A stretch of DNA of 64,000 nt, taken from assembly GCA_964016885.1 (NCBI GenBank), contig OZ024741.1, positions 390,600,001 to 390,664,000 on the forward strand, in the 5' to 3' direction. A program made the position numbers and the translations under genes. Under the pieces are notes generated by a model. The model searched no databases and was not told the DNA's origin. It was given only the letters and a program-made list of their open reading frames with translations. The stretch comes from Eledone cirrhosa (Eukaryota). Position 1 is the stretch's first letter. The number at the start of each line of letters is the position of its first letter. Of the stretch, positions 13,470 through 26,423 are shown in pieces.

Positions 13470-13940
13470 CTAAATCTGTCAAAGATTTAGAGAAGAAATT
13501 CCAAATATGGAAACAAAGTCTAAACATAGCAAAGTGGAACGTGGAGGATGTGCAAAAACTGCAAAAAAGAATAATAAATAAAGCAAGCTTGATCTGCTCA
13601 TTATGTAATGTTAGTGTGTGTAAATGATGGAGCACAAATGTGTTAAGAGATAAGAAATGGGCATAAGATGAATTTGATGTAGTGTGCATGAGCTGGTATA
13701 GACATGTGATGCACATGGAATATAACAGTTGGATAAAGAAGTGCCAAGCAATCCAAACAGAAGGAACATGTGGAAAAAGAAGGCCCAAATAAGAAATGGA
13801 AAATTGTAAAAGCTGATCTCAGGAGGCTGAATCACACATTAGAGATGACAAACATCTGAAACCAGTGGCAAAACACCATGCTTCAGAAGATCTGTCCAAA
13901 TCCATGCAAACAAGTAACAGTGGACATAAGATGATGATGT
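13470..13940 (+). mobile_element. Degenerate 3' fragment of the PHD-bearing RTE family
   Basis: LEKKFQIWKQSL and WYRHVMHM..WIKKC similar to 26864..28129; GGACATAA(GAT)n tail. Confidence 0.65.
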
Positions 13941-14544
13941 GTTTATACTTATCTAACCACTGATGTTCTCCTCTTATGTCCAATAATTTAGCAGTTCAAT
14001 AAAATCAATAAAATAAGTACTAGCACATAAGTATTAGAGTCAATAAGATCAACTAAAATCCTTGACAGGGGTTCCCCAACATGATCACAGTCGAATGACT
14101 GAAACCAGTAAAAGAATATTAGATAATGTAGTCCTAGATAAACAGTCTGAAATAAAGATGACATGGTCAGAGTTTATCTGGGCCTAAAAACAACAATGCC
14201 AAATTCTGCTAGAAATAACAGTCAAATCTCCCCAAATAAGAACCTGCGGTTTTAAAAAAAAAGATATATAGGATAATGTTCAGTGGCGCTTACTACCAAA
14301 TTCTGGCAAATATTACTTAAATTACAATCAATTTAGCATGATGATGAGATTAATCTAAATTGCTAAAATAAATCCTTGGATTTACACTGGTAGTGAACCA
14401 CAAATGAAATATTGAAAGACCCTGTAACAAGTTAATTCTTGTATAAACAATTTCAATGAATGGATTAGTGGATATTATAAATGTGAATTAAAATAGACTG
14501 CTACCTGCAGTAAAAAAAGTTTGTATATATAGTATGCCAGATCC

Positions 14545-14890
14545 TTCTCTTTTTCTTTGTCCCCCCCCCCCCCCCCGAGTGCTGAGGGGGCAGAGTCCTT
14601 AAACACTCCTAGTGGGTCCTGTCAGAAGTATGCATCACCAATTGGACCAACCGAGCTCATGGATGTTATCCAACCATCTTGCTCAGAGTCTACCCCTGGG
14701 TCTCTGCCAGTTGGTTTTGCTCATAAAATCTGTCCAGCGATTCTTTCCTGAGACATTCTAACCACATGCCATAATATCAGAGCTGTGGTGGCTCTACATG
14801 GAGTGACTTTTTTCTTCAAGCTATACACTATCAAGTAATGTTATTCCAAAGTCCTTTAGGAAGAACCCCATTTCAGCCACTTGTATTTGC
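14545..14890 (-). mobile_element. RTE LINE 3' fragment
   Basis: Reverse-complement similarity to 8920-9310. Confidence 0.75.
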
Positions 14891-16295
14891 GAAGAGTCTA
14901 TGCCAGATCCACCAAATCCAAATCAACAAGGTTCTGCTCTAATGAAATACATATAAAGCAATTTTAAAGTTTTCCAGTGATAGATCCAGTAGGAGAATGC
15001 TAGAGTTTCAAACAAAATATGTTAAATATTCATTATTCTTTCATGATCCTATAGGTGTGGAGGCCTGAGTAATTAAGAAGATAGAAGACTGACTTACTGA
15101 GGTCATAAACTAAGACTGTCTGTTATATTGTCACTGTCTCAAGTTAACCTAGCCAAAAATAGATTGTCATTGTGGTACATAACTGAAATATTTGGTGTTT
15201 ATGAAAATTATCTAAAACTTTTGTACCAAAATCCATGAAAACTATCAGAAACTAAAGAACCAACTAATCAATATTTGAGTTGAAAAAATCGTAGAAGTCA
15301 AAAAACAAAAAGCAAAAAAAAATGTTTAAAAATCTATGTACACTACTATATTAACTAAAATCACACAAAGATCAATTAAAATAAAATTTCTCCATATATG
15401 CACAGCACAGTATCAGAGATTGGCTAAAATAAAATATATCTCCATATATGTACACTACTAACATAGATTGGCCAAGTTTCTTTGAATAGCTAAAGAAACT
15501 GATTAACCCTTTCATTACCATATTCCAAATGAAAGACATTGCCTCTGAAATTCAAATTTATTTTGAAAATGGTTGAGAATTTGGAGGGATTTAGTAATAT
15601 AACTTTCTTGTTATGAAGTTGGTGTTTGGAACATATCTTAAGAAAGGTTCTTCCTTCACTTATTCTTGTGAGGGTCACGGGGGAGGAGTCCTCAAACATG
15701 CCTTCTAGAGGGTCCTTTCATTAAAACTATATGAACAAATTTAATATGTCTATTTGACACCAAGGGAACCCCAGAATTAACTTCTTTTATCAATTTAAAA
15801 GGTAATTAATCTGTAAGGAGATAACATTTCAAACAATTTTCTTTTTGCCCATATTTTTTCTTCAATTTATGATTTATGCTCCTCCCCCAGTAAACACACA
15901 GAAAGCCACTGACTATCATTTGGGCTCCTCAAAATGATTGGTATAATAAGGAAGTACCATCTCCGATTCTGTGTTTCTTTATCCCCTTCCCCAACCAACA
16001 CATACACACACACACTAAAAAGAAAACAAAAAACAAAACACATACAACTTGCTAGCTAGTGGTTTTAACATTAGTTTAACTTAGATTCCATTATTCCACC
16101 ATAATGGACTCAAATCTTTTAATTTACATAATCTGGTTTTGAGTCAGAATTGAATCTATTTCACTTATTAATTAACAGTCACACTAACACAGTGTGATTC
16201 AGATTAGAGGTGTATATGGAAGCCTAGCAAGGAAAATATTAAATGATGATGACCTAAGTCTCGAAACAGTGAGACTTATGAACATTATACATAAA

Positions 16296-16560
16296 CATCA
16301 TCATCATTTTACGTCCGTTCTTCCACGCTAGCATGGGTTAGACGGGTTGTCCTGTTGTGGGCAGTGTCTGGTCGGCTGACCATGCCTTGCTCATACAGGA
16401 ACTGATTTGGCTTGATTTCTACAGCTGGATGCCCTTCCTAACACCAACCTCATTTACAGTGAGTGCTGGGTGCTTTTTCGTGGCGCCTACACGTCCACTT
16501 TACAGTGTGGGCTGGGTGCTATTTTGCCGTGGCACCTCCACGACCACCTTGCAGTGGGGG
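16296..16560 (-). mobile_element. SINE family B 3' half, with duplicated ~45-bp internal unit
   Basis: Matches 5930-6095; (CAT)n tail. Confidence 0.75.
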
Positions 16561-16595
16561 GTGTGGGGGCATATTGTCTATATGCTTCAGCTTGT

Positions 16596-16708
16596 ACCCA
16601 GTGATGTAGCTAAGACAAGGCGAGTAAAGGCTGCCTCTAAAAAAGCCTATACTTCAGGGGTTTGAGAAAGTATCATATTGGTGACTGGCGCAAAAAAGAC
16701 CACGTAAA
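16596..16708 (+). repeat. 113-bp direct repeat, copy 1
   Basis: Identical to 17525-17637 except one base (AAGGCG vs AAGACG). Confidence 0.95.
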
Positions 16709-16906
16709 CATATACGGCTTTATTACTTTACAGGAGTTGCAGCAGATATATAGAATCAGTAATGGAAACATTGTTTCCATGATCCGATTTTATGAGTTTC
16801 ACTCCCACACAGTAAGCAAATGAGGTTTGGAATCTTGTCGATCAAGCTATCGACTTTACATGTCAGTAAGGCACCTGAAAACCCTTAAATCCTTTTCGTA
16901 TGAATG

Positions 16907-17325
16907 TCTTTTCTTCACTCACTTATTCCTGAGAGGGTCTAGAAGGCTGAGTCCTAAAGCACTCCTTCCAGCGAGTCCTGTCAGATGCAACCATTTCCAA
17001 TTGATCCAGCTGAATCTCCAAGCGAGACCAGCTGAGCTCATGGAAGTTATCCAATTATCTTGCTTAGGGTCTACTCCTGGGTCTCCTACCAGTTGGTTTT
17101 GCCCGTAAAATCTGACCAGTGATTCTTTCGTGAAACATTCTAACATGCCCATAGTATCGGAGCTGTGATCTCTCAATTCATAGAAGTAGCAGCTCTATCT
17201 GGAGTGACTTTCTGATCTCCAAGCTAAGCTCTCTGTTGAGTAATGTTACTCCAAAGACCCTTCGGAGGAACCCCATTTCGATTGCGTGTATTTGCGATCA
17301 TGTTTTCTTCAGTAATTACCCAACG
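16907..17325 (-). mobile_element. RTE LINE 3' fragment between the direct repeats
   Basis: Reverse complement of the 8890-9310 family; TTC-rich tail at left. Confidence 0.82.
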
Positions 17326-17524
17326 TTCTGTTTTGTGGCAGAGCTATTGTGTTAGGGAACACGGTACAGGTGGCAGATAGCAATATGGCCACTATATATG
17401 ATGGCCAGTTGCAAAATAAGCGGATAGCGGCCAGACGAATAAGTAACCCCAGACCAATAACGGTAAACTATTAGGGGAGATGGAGCAATGGGTGACACCT
17501 GTAGCTCCCAAGAAAACTCTCACA

Positions 17525-17637
17525 ACCCAGTGATGTAGCTAAGACAAGACGAGTAAAGGCTGCCTCTAAAAAAGCCTATACTTCAGGGGTTTGAGAAAGT
17601 ATCATATTGGTGACTGGCGCAAAAAAGACCACGTAAA
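17525..17637 (+). repeat. 113-bp direct repeat, copy 2
   Basis: See 16596-16708. Confidence 0.95.
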
Positions 17638-17924
17638 ATTTTGTGTCTATGTAAAATGTAATTTCAGATTTATTTACAGTCTGTGATACTGTTAAAAATT
17701 CTCATTGAATGCAATCAACACTGCCAGTTTCCAAATCTTTTTTTAAATAATCAAAAATTTCAAGGGATTATAACCATTAGCTTCATATCTTACTTTTAGT
17801 TTAACACTTTCATTGCTATATTGTTCATGAAAATCACTATCTACAATTTTCAAATCTTTTTCAAAATAATCAGGAATTTCAAGGGATTTAGTCATATAAC
17901 TTTCTCATTATTAAGCTGGTGCTT

Positions 17925-18140
17925 AGGGTGGTGGATTGGCAGTATTGGTTGAGCATCAGACAACAGGCTTTGTGACATATAATTACATCCCTTTATGCTC
18001 TGAGTTCAAATCCTGCAGGCTAGCTTTGCCTTTCATCCTCACGGGGTCAATAAAATAAAATACCAGAAACACACTGGAGTCAGTTTAATCGACTTTCCCT
18101 TCAACCAAAATTGTTGGCCTTGTACCTAAATCAGAAACCA
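17925..18140 (+). mobile_element. SINE family A
   Basis: Colinear with 2044-2232. Confidence 0.8.
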
Positions 18141-18179
18141 TGTGGTGATATATAAAAAAAAAATAGTGTAGAACAATTT

Positions 18180-19092
18180 TTGAATGAAGTGAGACAAGTA
18201 TACAAGAGTAAGGAAGAATTCAAACAGGAAAGCAAAGAAAACAAATTGAGAGTATGGAGAGAGAAAAGGACACATGACCAATTTGTGTGGGATATGGAAA
18301 AAGAAGAGCACAGAGACAGGATTAACAGGGACCTGGATGAAGAAATCAGATTTAAAATTGGAACAGAGGCTTTGATCTGTCCTGCCCAGGAATAGTTGTT
18401 GCACACTGTTATATAGAATATTGACTGCAAAAAGTCTCCATTGTGCAGATGTAACAGGGGAAACTGTGACCAACATACTTAGTGCATATACCATTTGGGC
18501 ACAGGAGTTCAAGAGGAAGCACAACAATGTTGTGTACATTGTACATCTGAAAGTATGTGGAAACTTTAGATTGGAGAGGTCTGAGAAATGGTGCAAACAT
18601 AAGCCTAAAGCAATGTTGGAAAATGCAAAAGTAAAGCTTCTTTGGGGATTCAGTGTCCAATGTGATGAGAGTATCATAGCAAGAAGACAAGATCTGATAC
18701 TGGTAGAAAAGGATAGAAAACACTGCCTCTTGATTGACATAATACCAGGAAATGGCAGGGTTTCTGAGAAGGAAGATGCGAAGGAAGATAAATAGCAGCC
18801 ACTTAAATTCAGAATGGAAATTATTCTAGTTGTTGTTGTTAGAGCTCTTTGTGTGGTAACAAAGAAAATTCAAAATTGGATCTCAAAGATTAGTGTGAAA
18901 ATTCAAATTGAGTTGCTGTTAAAGACTACGTTCTTGGGAACAGCCAGAATTTTGAGAATGGCACTACAAATGTAGTAAGGAGGATGAACGGCAAGGCTGT
19001 TGGTCATTTATGATCTGCTCCCACATATTAATCTTGACAATCTACCACCCTAGTATGATGATGATGATGATGATGATGATAATAGTAATAAT
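18180..19092 (+). mobile_element. R4/Dong-like non-LTR retrotransposon 3' end (restriction-like endonuclease), degenerate
   Basis: TEALICPAQE, GETVTNILS, RKHNNV, KLLWGFSVQCD..ARRQDLILVEK..CLLIDI (decayed CCHC plus PD-D RLE); ends in (GAT)n/(AAT)n. Confidence 0.82.
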
Positions 19093-19439
19093 GTTTTTGT
19101 TGATTTGTTTTCATTTTACTAACACCCACTCTAAATTTTTGGTTATTTTGAAGACTAATTGAAACACCAGTGTATTTTGATTAGAGATATGATAGCATGA
19201 AGGATGAAAGATCTGTACTTAAATTTATATTTTCATCAAACCTCTTATTGTTAACTTTTATAGAATTTTGCCTTTCTTGTTCGTGTGAACTATTATTGGA
19301 ACAGATATAGCTGCATATATCTGTTGACATTATTAACACTTATGATCATGTTTCTAATGAAATACACTTTATTAAAATATTTTATGGTTCTTATAGAAAA
19401 TTATGTTGGAAGATTCAAATTCCAATAGGAACACGTTAA

Positions 19440-19735
19440 CCCTTTCAATACCAATCCACCTGAAACCACCACTGGTTTAATTATACAAAATTGATTATAT
19501 TAAAATGCTTCGTCATAATTTTATGTAAGAAATGTTTCTTAGTTATGCTCCAAACATTCAGCTTAATAATGAAAATGTTGGTTATTTTACTAAATTCTTC
19601 CAAATTCTTTATTTTGAAAATTAATTGAAACAGAGGCAGTGTATTTCATTAGAAATATGGTGACAAAGGTGTTAAAATGGGTGGTTTTGTTTCATAGGAT
19701 CAGAGCCAGTTTTGGGTGGGTTGGTATCAAAAGAG
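19440..19735. mobile_element. piggyBac-like MITE
   Basis: TTAA|CCCTTTCAATACCAATCC ... GGGTTGGTATCAAAAGAG|TTAA; related ends at ~15503, ~20305, ~20925, 39166. Confidence 0.7.
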
Positions 19736-19809
19736 TTAATCCATTTCTAAAGGAGACTGGTTCAATCTATGTACTCTGCCTATAATTACAATATATTGCC
19801 TGAAGAGCA

Positions 19810-19880
19810 ATGTTTTAAGACATTGGACTATTGACTCCAAGAAAAAATTATTTGAGTCGATAGTCCAATATCTTAAACAT
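19810..19880. other. Imperfect ~25-bp-stem hairpin
   Basis: TTTAAGACATTGGACTATTGACTC pairs with GAGTCGATAGTCCAATATCTTAAA. Confidence 0.8.
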
Positions 19881-20128
19881 TAGCTATAAGATTAGATAAA
19901 TCTAACAAATATTTCAATATACATCGACATCATTACTATGATTATTTTTATATCTGTTTTTCCATGCTCACCAGGGTTGGAATAAGATTATTTTTTAGGC
20001 GGAATTTTATGTCAGGTTGCCTTTCCTGATGCCAGACCTTGTTTTTTTAAAGTAAAGTACATGTAACCACTGAGCTGCAAGACTTTCATATAAAAGTATC
20101 ACCTGCTCTAGTATTAGAGTGTAAAGAG

Positions 20129-20165
<37 letters not shown>

Positions 20166-21109
20166 ACAGCTTCATACAGTTTCCGTCTCCCAGTTTCAGT
20201 CAGCATTCATTGTTTGGCCTGAGGCTATAGTAGAAGACACTTGCCTGCAGTACCTGTGTCTATACAATAGTAGCATAACATCCAACATACTATCATTCTT
20301 TGTTTAACCCTTTTGTTACCAATCCAACCAAAACTGTCCCTGGTTCTCTAAAACAAAATCACCCATTTTAAATGGATCCTATTAAATTAAAATCTTCCAA
20401 CATAATTTTATCTAAGAACCATATGTTAAGTCACTATCTTAGTAATGAAATCATTTTAGTAGATCCCTCAAATTTCTTTATTAATTTATTAAAATAAAGT
20501 GTATTTCATAAGAAATGTGATCCCAAATAGATTAAGTAAAATCTTTACCAATGTGGGTATTCCATAAAAGATTCTTAAGTTATGCACAAATTGAAAAAGC
20601 AACAAATGTTACCAGCAACACAAGATTTGACAAAACCCAACAGCAGTTGAAAATACAGTAACATATTCTGTCTTTGGCCTTCATTAGAAATATGGTAAGG
20701 AAAAAGTTACTGCCTGTAATTTTCAGATCATTTTGTAAATAATCAAGAATTTGTCAGGATTTAGTTGATATAACTAACATTACCATTAGTAAGCTGGGTT
20801 TTGGAGAATAACTTAAAGGTTCTTGCATAGAATGACAATGGAATGTTGATAGATATAATCATTTAAATAAATAACTTTGTATTGTAGAACCAGAGATTTC
20901 CGGCAGTTTGATTTCAAAAAGGTTAATCTTGAGCTTGAATTTAAAATTTATTTACAACAAAATGGAATTTTTTGCTGAATGCTTATATCTCAGAGAATTA
21001 CAATCGACATGGAAAAGCAATCATAAAACAAAGACTGTAGTAGCACACAATATAAGTGAATGTTCAAGATTTGAAAACATTATAAACATCACTGTTAAAA
21101 AATAATGGC

Positions 21110-21282
21110 TTCTGATTTAGGCACAAGACCAACAATTTTACGTGTTACTGGTACTTCATTTTATTGACTCCATAAGGATGAAAGGCTAAGCTAACCTCAG
21201 CAGGATTTGAAATCAGAACATAAAGAGATGTAACTATATGCTGCATATTATCCAACGTTCTACCGATACTGCCAATCCACCA
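21110..21282 (-). mobile_element. SINE family A
   Basis: Reverse complement of the 2044-2232 family. Confidence 0.78.
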
Positions 21283-21905
21283 CTGCTAAAAAATAATAAA
21301 ACTGTTTTAGTTTATAAAAGGAGGATTTTAAGGTACTAGCTAGTCAATTTCTTTTTGTGCCAGTTGCCATTATGGCTTCCAGTGTCCTCAGTCTTTGGGT
21401 ATCATACTTGAGGAAGGGTCCCAGCAAAGTGGAAAGGCTGATGCAATGGGCATTGCCGGCTGTTCTCTGAGTCAATACTTATGCCATCCTATCTGTGTGA
21501 AGAACAGTGGAAATATGCCATCCAGCCAAGCGTGTAGAACTTCCTCTTACCAATTTCCTCCTCACCCCCGCCCCCCTTTTTTTGTCCTTCATAAATAAAA
21601 TCAAAGCATAGCAAAAAAGAATTTTACAGCAAAACAAAATGTACTAGAAAAAATAACTGACAATTTGTAGGATAACAAAAAGCAATATAATCACTATTAA
21701 ATGAAGTGTGAAATGTGAATGTAATTTCATTTTTACTAACAAATGATCCTAATTTCTAGATTAGCTTTAAAAATTGCTTCTCTTTTTTAATAACTTAAAT
21801 CTTTTAATTGACATTTTATAGTGTTTTTGTGAGCATACAGAGAGAGAGAGAGCCTGTTTGTGTGCATGTGTGTGTGTACGTGTGCACATGTACGTGCATG
21901 AGAAA

Positions 21906-21970
21906 AGAAGCAGCAGCCTGCCTTTTATTGAGGCCTTTCTGGCCTCAATAAAAGGCAGGCTGCTGCTTCT
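21906..21970. other. Perfect inverted repeat: 30-bp stem, 5-nt loop
   Basis: AGAAGCAGCAGCCTGCCTTTTATTGAGGCC-TTTCT-GGCCTCAATAAAAGGCAGGCTGCTGCTTCT. Confidence 0.97.
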
Positions 21971-22504
21971 AAGATTTATACCAAAATGATTATAGTCTCA
22001 GAGGATGTGTTTATGGGAATAGAAGATAAACGGTGATACAAAATTCTCATTTTATTTATTTACTTTTTTGGTATTTTTATTCTACACTGGAAACTAAAGT
22101 TATTATAATTTTGAAGTCATTAGCCAAAAATAAAAACCTAAACCAATTGAAAATATAAATATCTAAATTTAGCTCATATGTAGTGTGTTGTAATTTTCTG
22201 TTGCTAGCAAGTATGTTCTAAACATAATAGCTACATACACACTCAGAATGCCAATGTTATGAGTTAACAGGTTTGTTCTTATTTGCAGTAAACAAAATAA
22301 CAAATTTCTGGAATAAATACATAAAAAATCTAAACAATTTGTTACTACAGAAGCAAATTTAATAATATCCCAGCCAAATATCAAATTTTGAAACAATTTG
22401 ATTACAGCCACTTATAATTAATTAGAAACTAGTACATAACCTGTTGTTTTACAAATGGTATGAGTAATATAAATTTTATAATACAGTAATATATAATTTA
22501 TATA

Positions 22505-23275
22505 ATCCATATATAAAAGAGAGTAGTTTGTTGGTTGGTTTCTTTGCGCATCACACAAAAACAAAAACTGACAAACAAAAAGTAAGTACAATGGAAAAAG
22601 GGTACACCGAGAAAAGTTTATTGATACACATTTTATGACATCAAAGAAAAAAAAAACATCCTGGGTATGCTAACCAACCTGACTGCTATTTCTAGCAGCT
22701 TGGTAGATAACCATATGGGATTCTTTTTGCGCATGCGTTGTCAGCGATGCTCATGTTTCGCAGCCAGCATCTCCATGGATACGAACGCTAATTTACACAC
22801 ACTCACACATTTATATATAATTATCTATATCTATCATTGTCGTTGTCACGTCTACTTTCCCTGCTAGCAAATAATATAACAGATTGGAACTCCCTTTTGA
22901 GAAACCTGGACCTGCCACGTCTATGCACGCACTTAAGAGTCAGGTAGCTGAGGAACCATCTCCTAAAGGTCACTATTCATGGAGACAATCATCAAGAAGA
23001 AAATGCACTTATTCCCAAGATTCCTCACATCCCTTTCTCCACCAAGCTGCCATTCAAATTCTCAAGACGCCAGTTCCCTGACAGAACCAGTTTTTCTATT
23101 ATCATAAATAAAGCTCAGGGTCAGAGTCTCAAAGTTGTAGGATTGAATATGAGAGAATCAGTTTTTTTACTCATGGACAGTTATATGTAGGTTGTTCACG
23201 AGTGGGAACATCTAGAAATCTTTATATACTATGCATGAACGGTAAAACAAAGAATCTGGTGAATCTAGAAGATTT
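22505..23275 (+). mobile_element. Helitron, internally deleted, with RepHel Pif1-like helicase C-terminal remnant
   Basis: 5'-like start TCCATATATAAAAG. Manual translation of 22981-23265: ALIPKIPHIP..LPFKFSRRQFP..SFSIIINKAQGQSLKVVGL / THGQLYVGCSRVG..NGKTKNLV (helicase motifs V-VI). Not called in the ORF track. Confidence 0.85.
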
Positions 23276-23354
23276 TTTACTGTTTTTTTTTCTCTCTCTC
23301 TCTCACACACACACACACACCCCACAGTCTCGCCTCATGCTGTAAATTTTAAGA

Positions 23355-23556
<202 letters not shown>

Positions 23557-24089
23557 GCACGCTTGCTTGTGAGTATGAGTGGGTGGGTTGTTGGTGTGAA
23601 TGTGTGGGTATGTAAGAGAGATAGTGTGTGTGTGTGTGTGTGTGTGTGTACAGAAATAGGTAGATAGAAAGAAACTGACAACACAGGTGACTGTGAACAT
23701 TGGCTTTTGGCAAGAATGAAAATATTTTAGAACATCCCCCACCTGGTTTTTTTCTTACTTTTAATTGTTTCATGAATTCATCATCATCATCATCGTTTAA
23801 CATCCATTTTTCATGCTAGTATGGTTTAGATGAGTTGTCCTGGCGTTGTGAGACAAGTAAGATCAAGTGACCATGTCTTGCTCATACAGAACTCTTTCTG
23901 GCTAGGGATGGATGCCCTTCCTAATGCCACCCACATTACAGTATGGACTGGGTGCTTTTCATCATGGCACCAAAACAACCAACTAACAGATTAGACTAGA
24001 TACTTTTTCATCATGTTGCTGACACGACCACTGTACAGGGTGACCTGGGTGCTTTTCTAAATATAATCTTTTGAACGATTTTGTCAGAT

Positions 24090-24332
24090 AGTGACAGTCA
24101 GACAGATAAATGCTGTGTAACCATTATAATGGTATGGTCCTGTAACTCCTGATGGAATTGTAGGAGCGTCATAGTGGCATATGGCATTTCTTGGGTATTT
24201 TAAGATTGGCAGAGCCCATCCCTCATCATGTCTGAAACACAGTAGATTTCTTCCAGAGAAGGGTAGAAATTGTGAGAGAGAAAGTGAGAAAGAGATATAA
24301 AGAAAAAATTGACCCCCAGTACTAGACTGGAT
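24090..24332 (-). mobile_element. SINE family A variant tail (tail B) fragment
   Basis: Similar to 55640-55895; ends at GACCCCCAGTACTAGACTGG of the SINE centre. Confidence 0.6.
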
Positions 24333-25669
24333 AATATACATTAATATACTTTGAAAGGAAATCATAAAATGTTAGTGGACGAAAATAAATAAATAGATAA
24401 ATAAATAAATTAGTTGATTCAAATGACATTGAACAGAATTTGAAGTGTTAATAAAATTATCAATTGATTCAATCAATATATTCAGTTTCAGAATTCTACA
24501 TACACAACAAATAATTCCCAGTAGTAATTCATAGAATCAACCTAGAATGTAAATATACCTTTTGTCATCTGTGGAGCAAGTAACCACTCATATTGAACAC
24601 AATACAGACAATTGAAAATATTGAGACTGTTTTCAATACATGCTAAAATTACATAAAGAAACCTCTGTAAATTGAGTAACCAGCATGCACAATATTTAGC
24701 ATCTTATTAAAAGAGATTCAAAGCAAAGAAATTTAGTTCATAAATATAGACAACGCTATGGGAATTATTTATTAATCATCAGAAATTCTTGATATAGCAA
24801 AAGAGCAGCCTGTCAGCTAGATTGTTATATAATTAAAAGGTAAGCTCCAAGAATGAAATGAAAACCGCTATTTAAATAGAACGATAAACAAGACAGAATA
24901 TCATCGAAGTAGAAAACAAATGTAGGGAGCAAAATACAGGCAAAAGAAATTTATACAACTAATACATATTAGGGCTTATAAAGATTCTGTCTTGGGTTCA
25001 ATACTTTTTGCATTGAATAAGACATTCAACTGTGAAATATGGAGATAAGCATTCCACCAAAAGCTAGGAAAACAAAATGACTCAACAATAAGCCAAATGA
25101 ATACAATATTCAAATGACCATTGTTAACAAAAGAAGTCATTGTAAATGAATTTAATCATTATATTAATTTCTTTCAAAGAATTAATCTCCTGAATGTCTG
25201 TTCAAATCTAATTCATAACAGAAGCCAACTTAACACAACCTGTTTAATTTTAAATGATAAAAGATAAAAGCCCATTATATTAACAAATGCACATTCAAAC
25301 TAGATGTGAATAGTATCATATCATATTTAAATTTCTTATTATTCCAAACCTACCAAGTTTTCCAACTTTACAAATTTTATAAACCAATTACATAAAAAAA
25401 AATAATATAGTGACAACAGCAGCAGATTTTTTAAGGCCAATGAAAGAGTTCATACTCATCATGGCATCTTTTTTGAAGGAGTGTTTTACTGCTGAGTGCC
25501 CTTCCAAGCATCTTTTTCGTCATCTCTTACAACATGCACGGATATGGTGTATTTGTTTTAAACTAGACACACACAACATAAAAAAAAACAATGTGTAGAA
25601 ACAAAATGAAAAAAAATAACTCAAGTTGTTTATTCTTTTACTCTGTGTGTATGTGTGTGTACAGGGTGA

Positions 25670-26205
25670 ATTTATTGAGTACATCACCAACACTAGAGAA
25701 TTTTCCACACCATGACATGACTGAAGGGTCCTCTCTTTATTTTTTTCATAGGCATGGTTTCTACAGCGGGATACCCTTCCTGTTGCCAACAACCTGTAGG
25801 AGGGGGGTATAGGAGGGGAATAAATATGAGGTGGGAGTGGCACTCACCAGTGCCAGAAAGGAGAGGTGTAGTGAAGTGATGAAGAGAATAGCTAAGGAGT
25901 GATAGTGGAGGAGGCATGGTGGGGTGCATAGGAGTGAAGAGAGTAGTTACTAGGGTGCGATAGTGAGGGTATCTAAAGATTTTAGTGGGGAACAGCAGCT
26001 AAGGATGGTGAGGATAGCTACTAGGGAGTGCAAGTGGAGGACAAGTCAGAATACATTGTATGTTGTTAGCCAGGTCTTCACCAGCACAACTTAGCATCAG
26101 CCCTCACAGTTCTTTGTCATTTCTGTGGTGAGGTTTAGTTTTTAAAGTTCGGTCTTCACAACCTCTTCCCACGCCTTCCTGGGTGTACCTCTTCCACAGG
26201 TCCCA
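25670..26205 (-). mobile_element. 3' end of PHD-RTE family LINE: ORF end, C-rich UTR, SINE-like tail
   Basis: Minus reads CGRGTPRKAWEEVVKTEL, then a pyrimidine-rich UTR and AGCGGGATACCCTTCC tail motif. Confidence 0.6.
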
Positions 26206-26423
26206 TGGTTTAAGTGAAATGTTGAAGAGGTTTAAACTGTCAACAATTAGAAAAATACACTAATAATAAATTTTAATAGAATAACTAACAAGTATTTTTT
26301 TTTTAAAAAAGCATATAAAATGTATAACTTAGTTGATATAGTCTTTCTGCATAGAAATATCTACTTATACTATAATTACTAATATTTTATTACAAATGGC
26401 TGTCAGAAAAGAGAGTGAAATTG

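Noticed and set aside
16596-16708. Hammerhead ribozyme in the direct repeat (GTGATGTA..GAGT on plus; CTGAAGTA..AGGC/GCCT on minus)
   Set aside because: The catalytic core CUGANGA...GAAA is not matched on either strand
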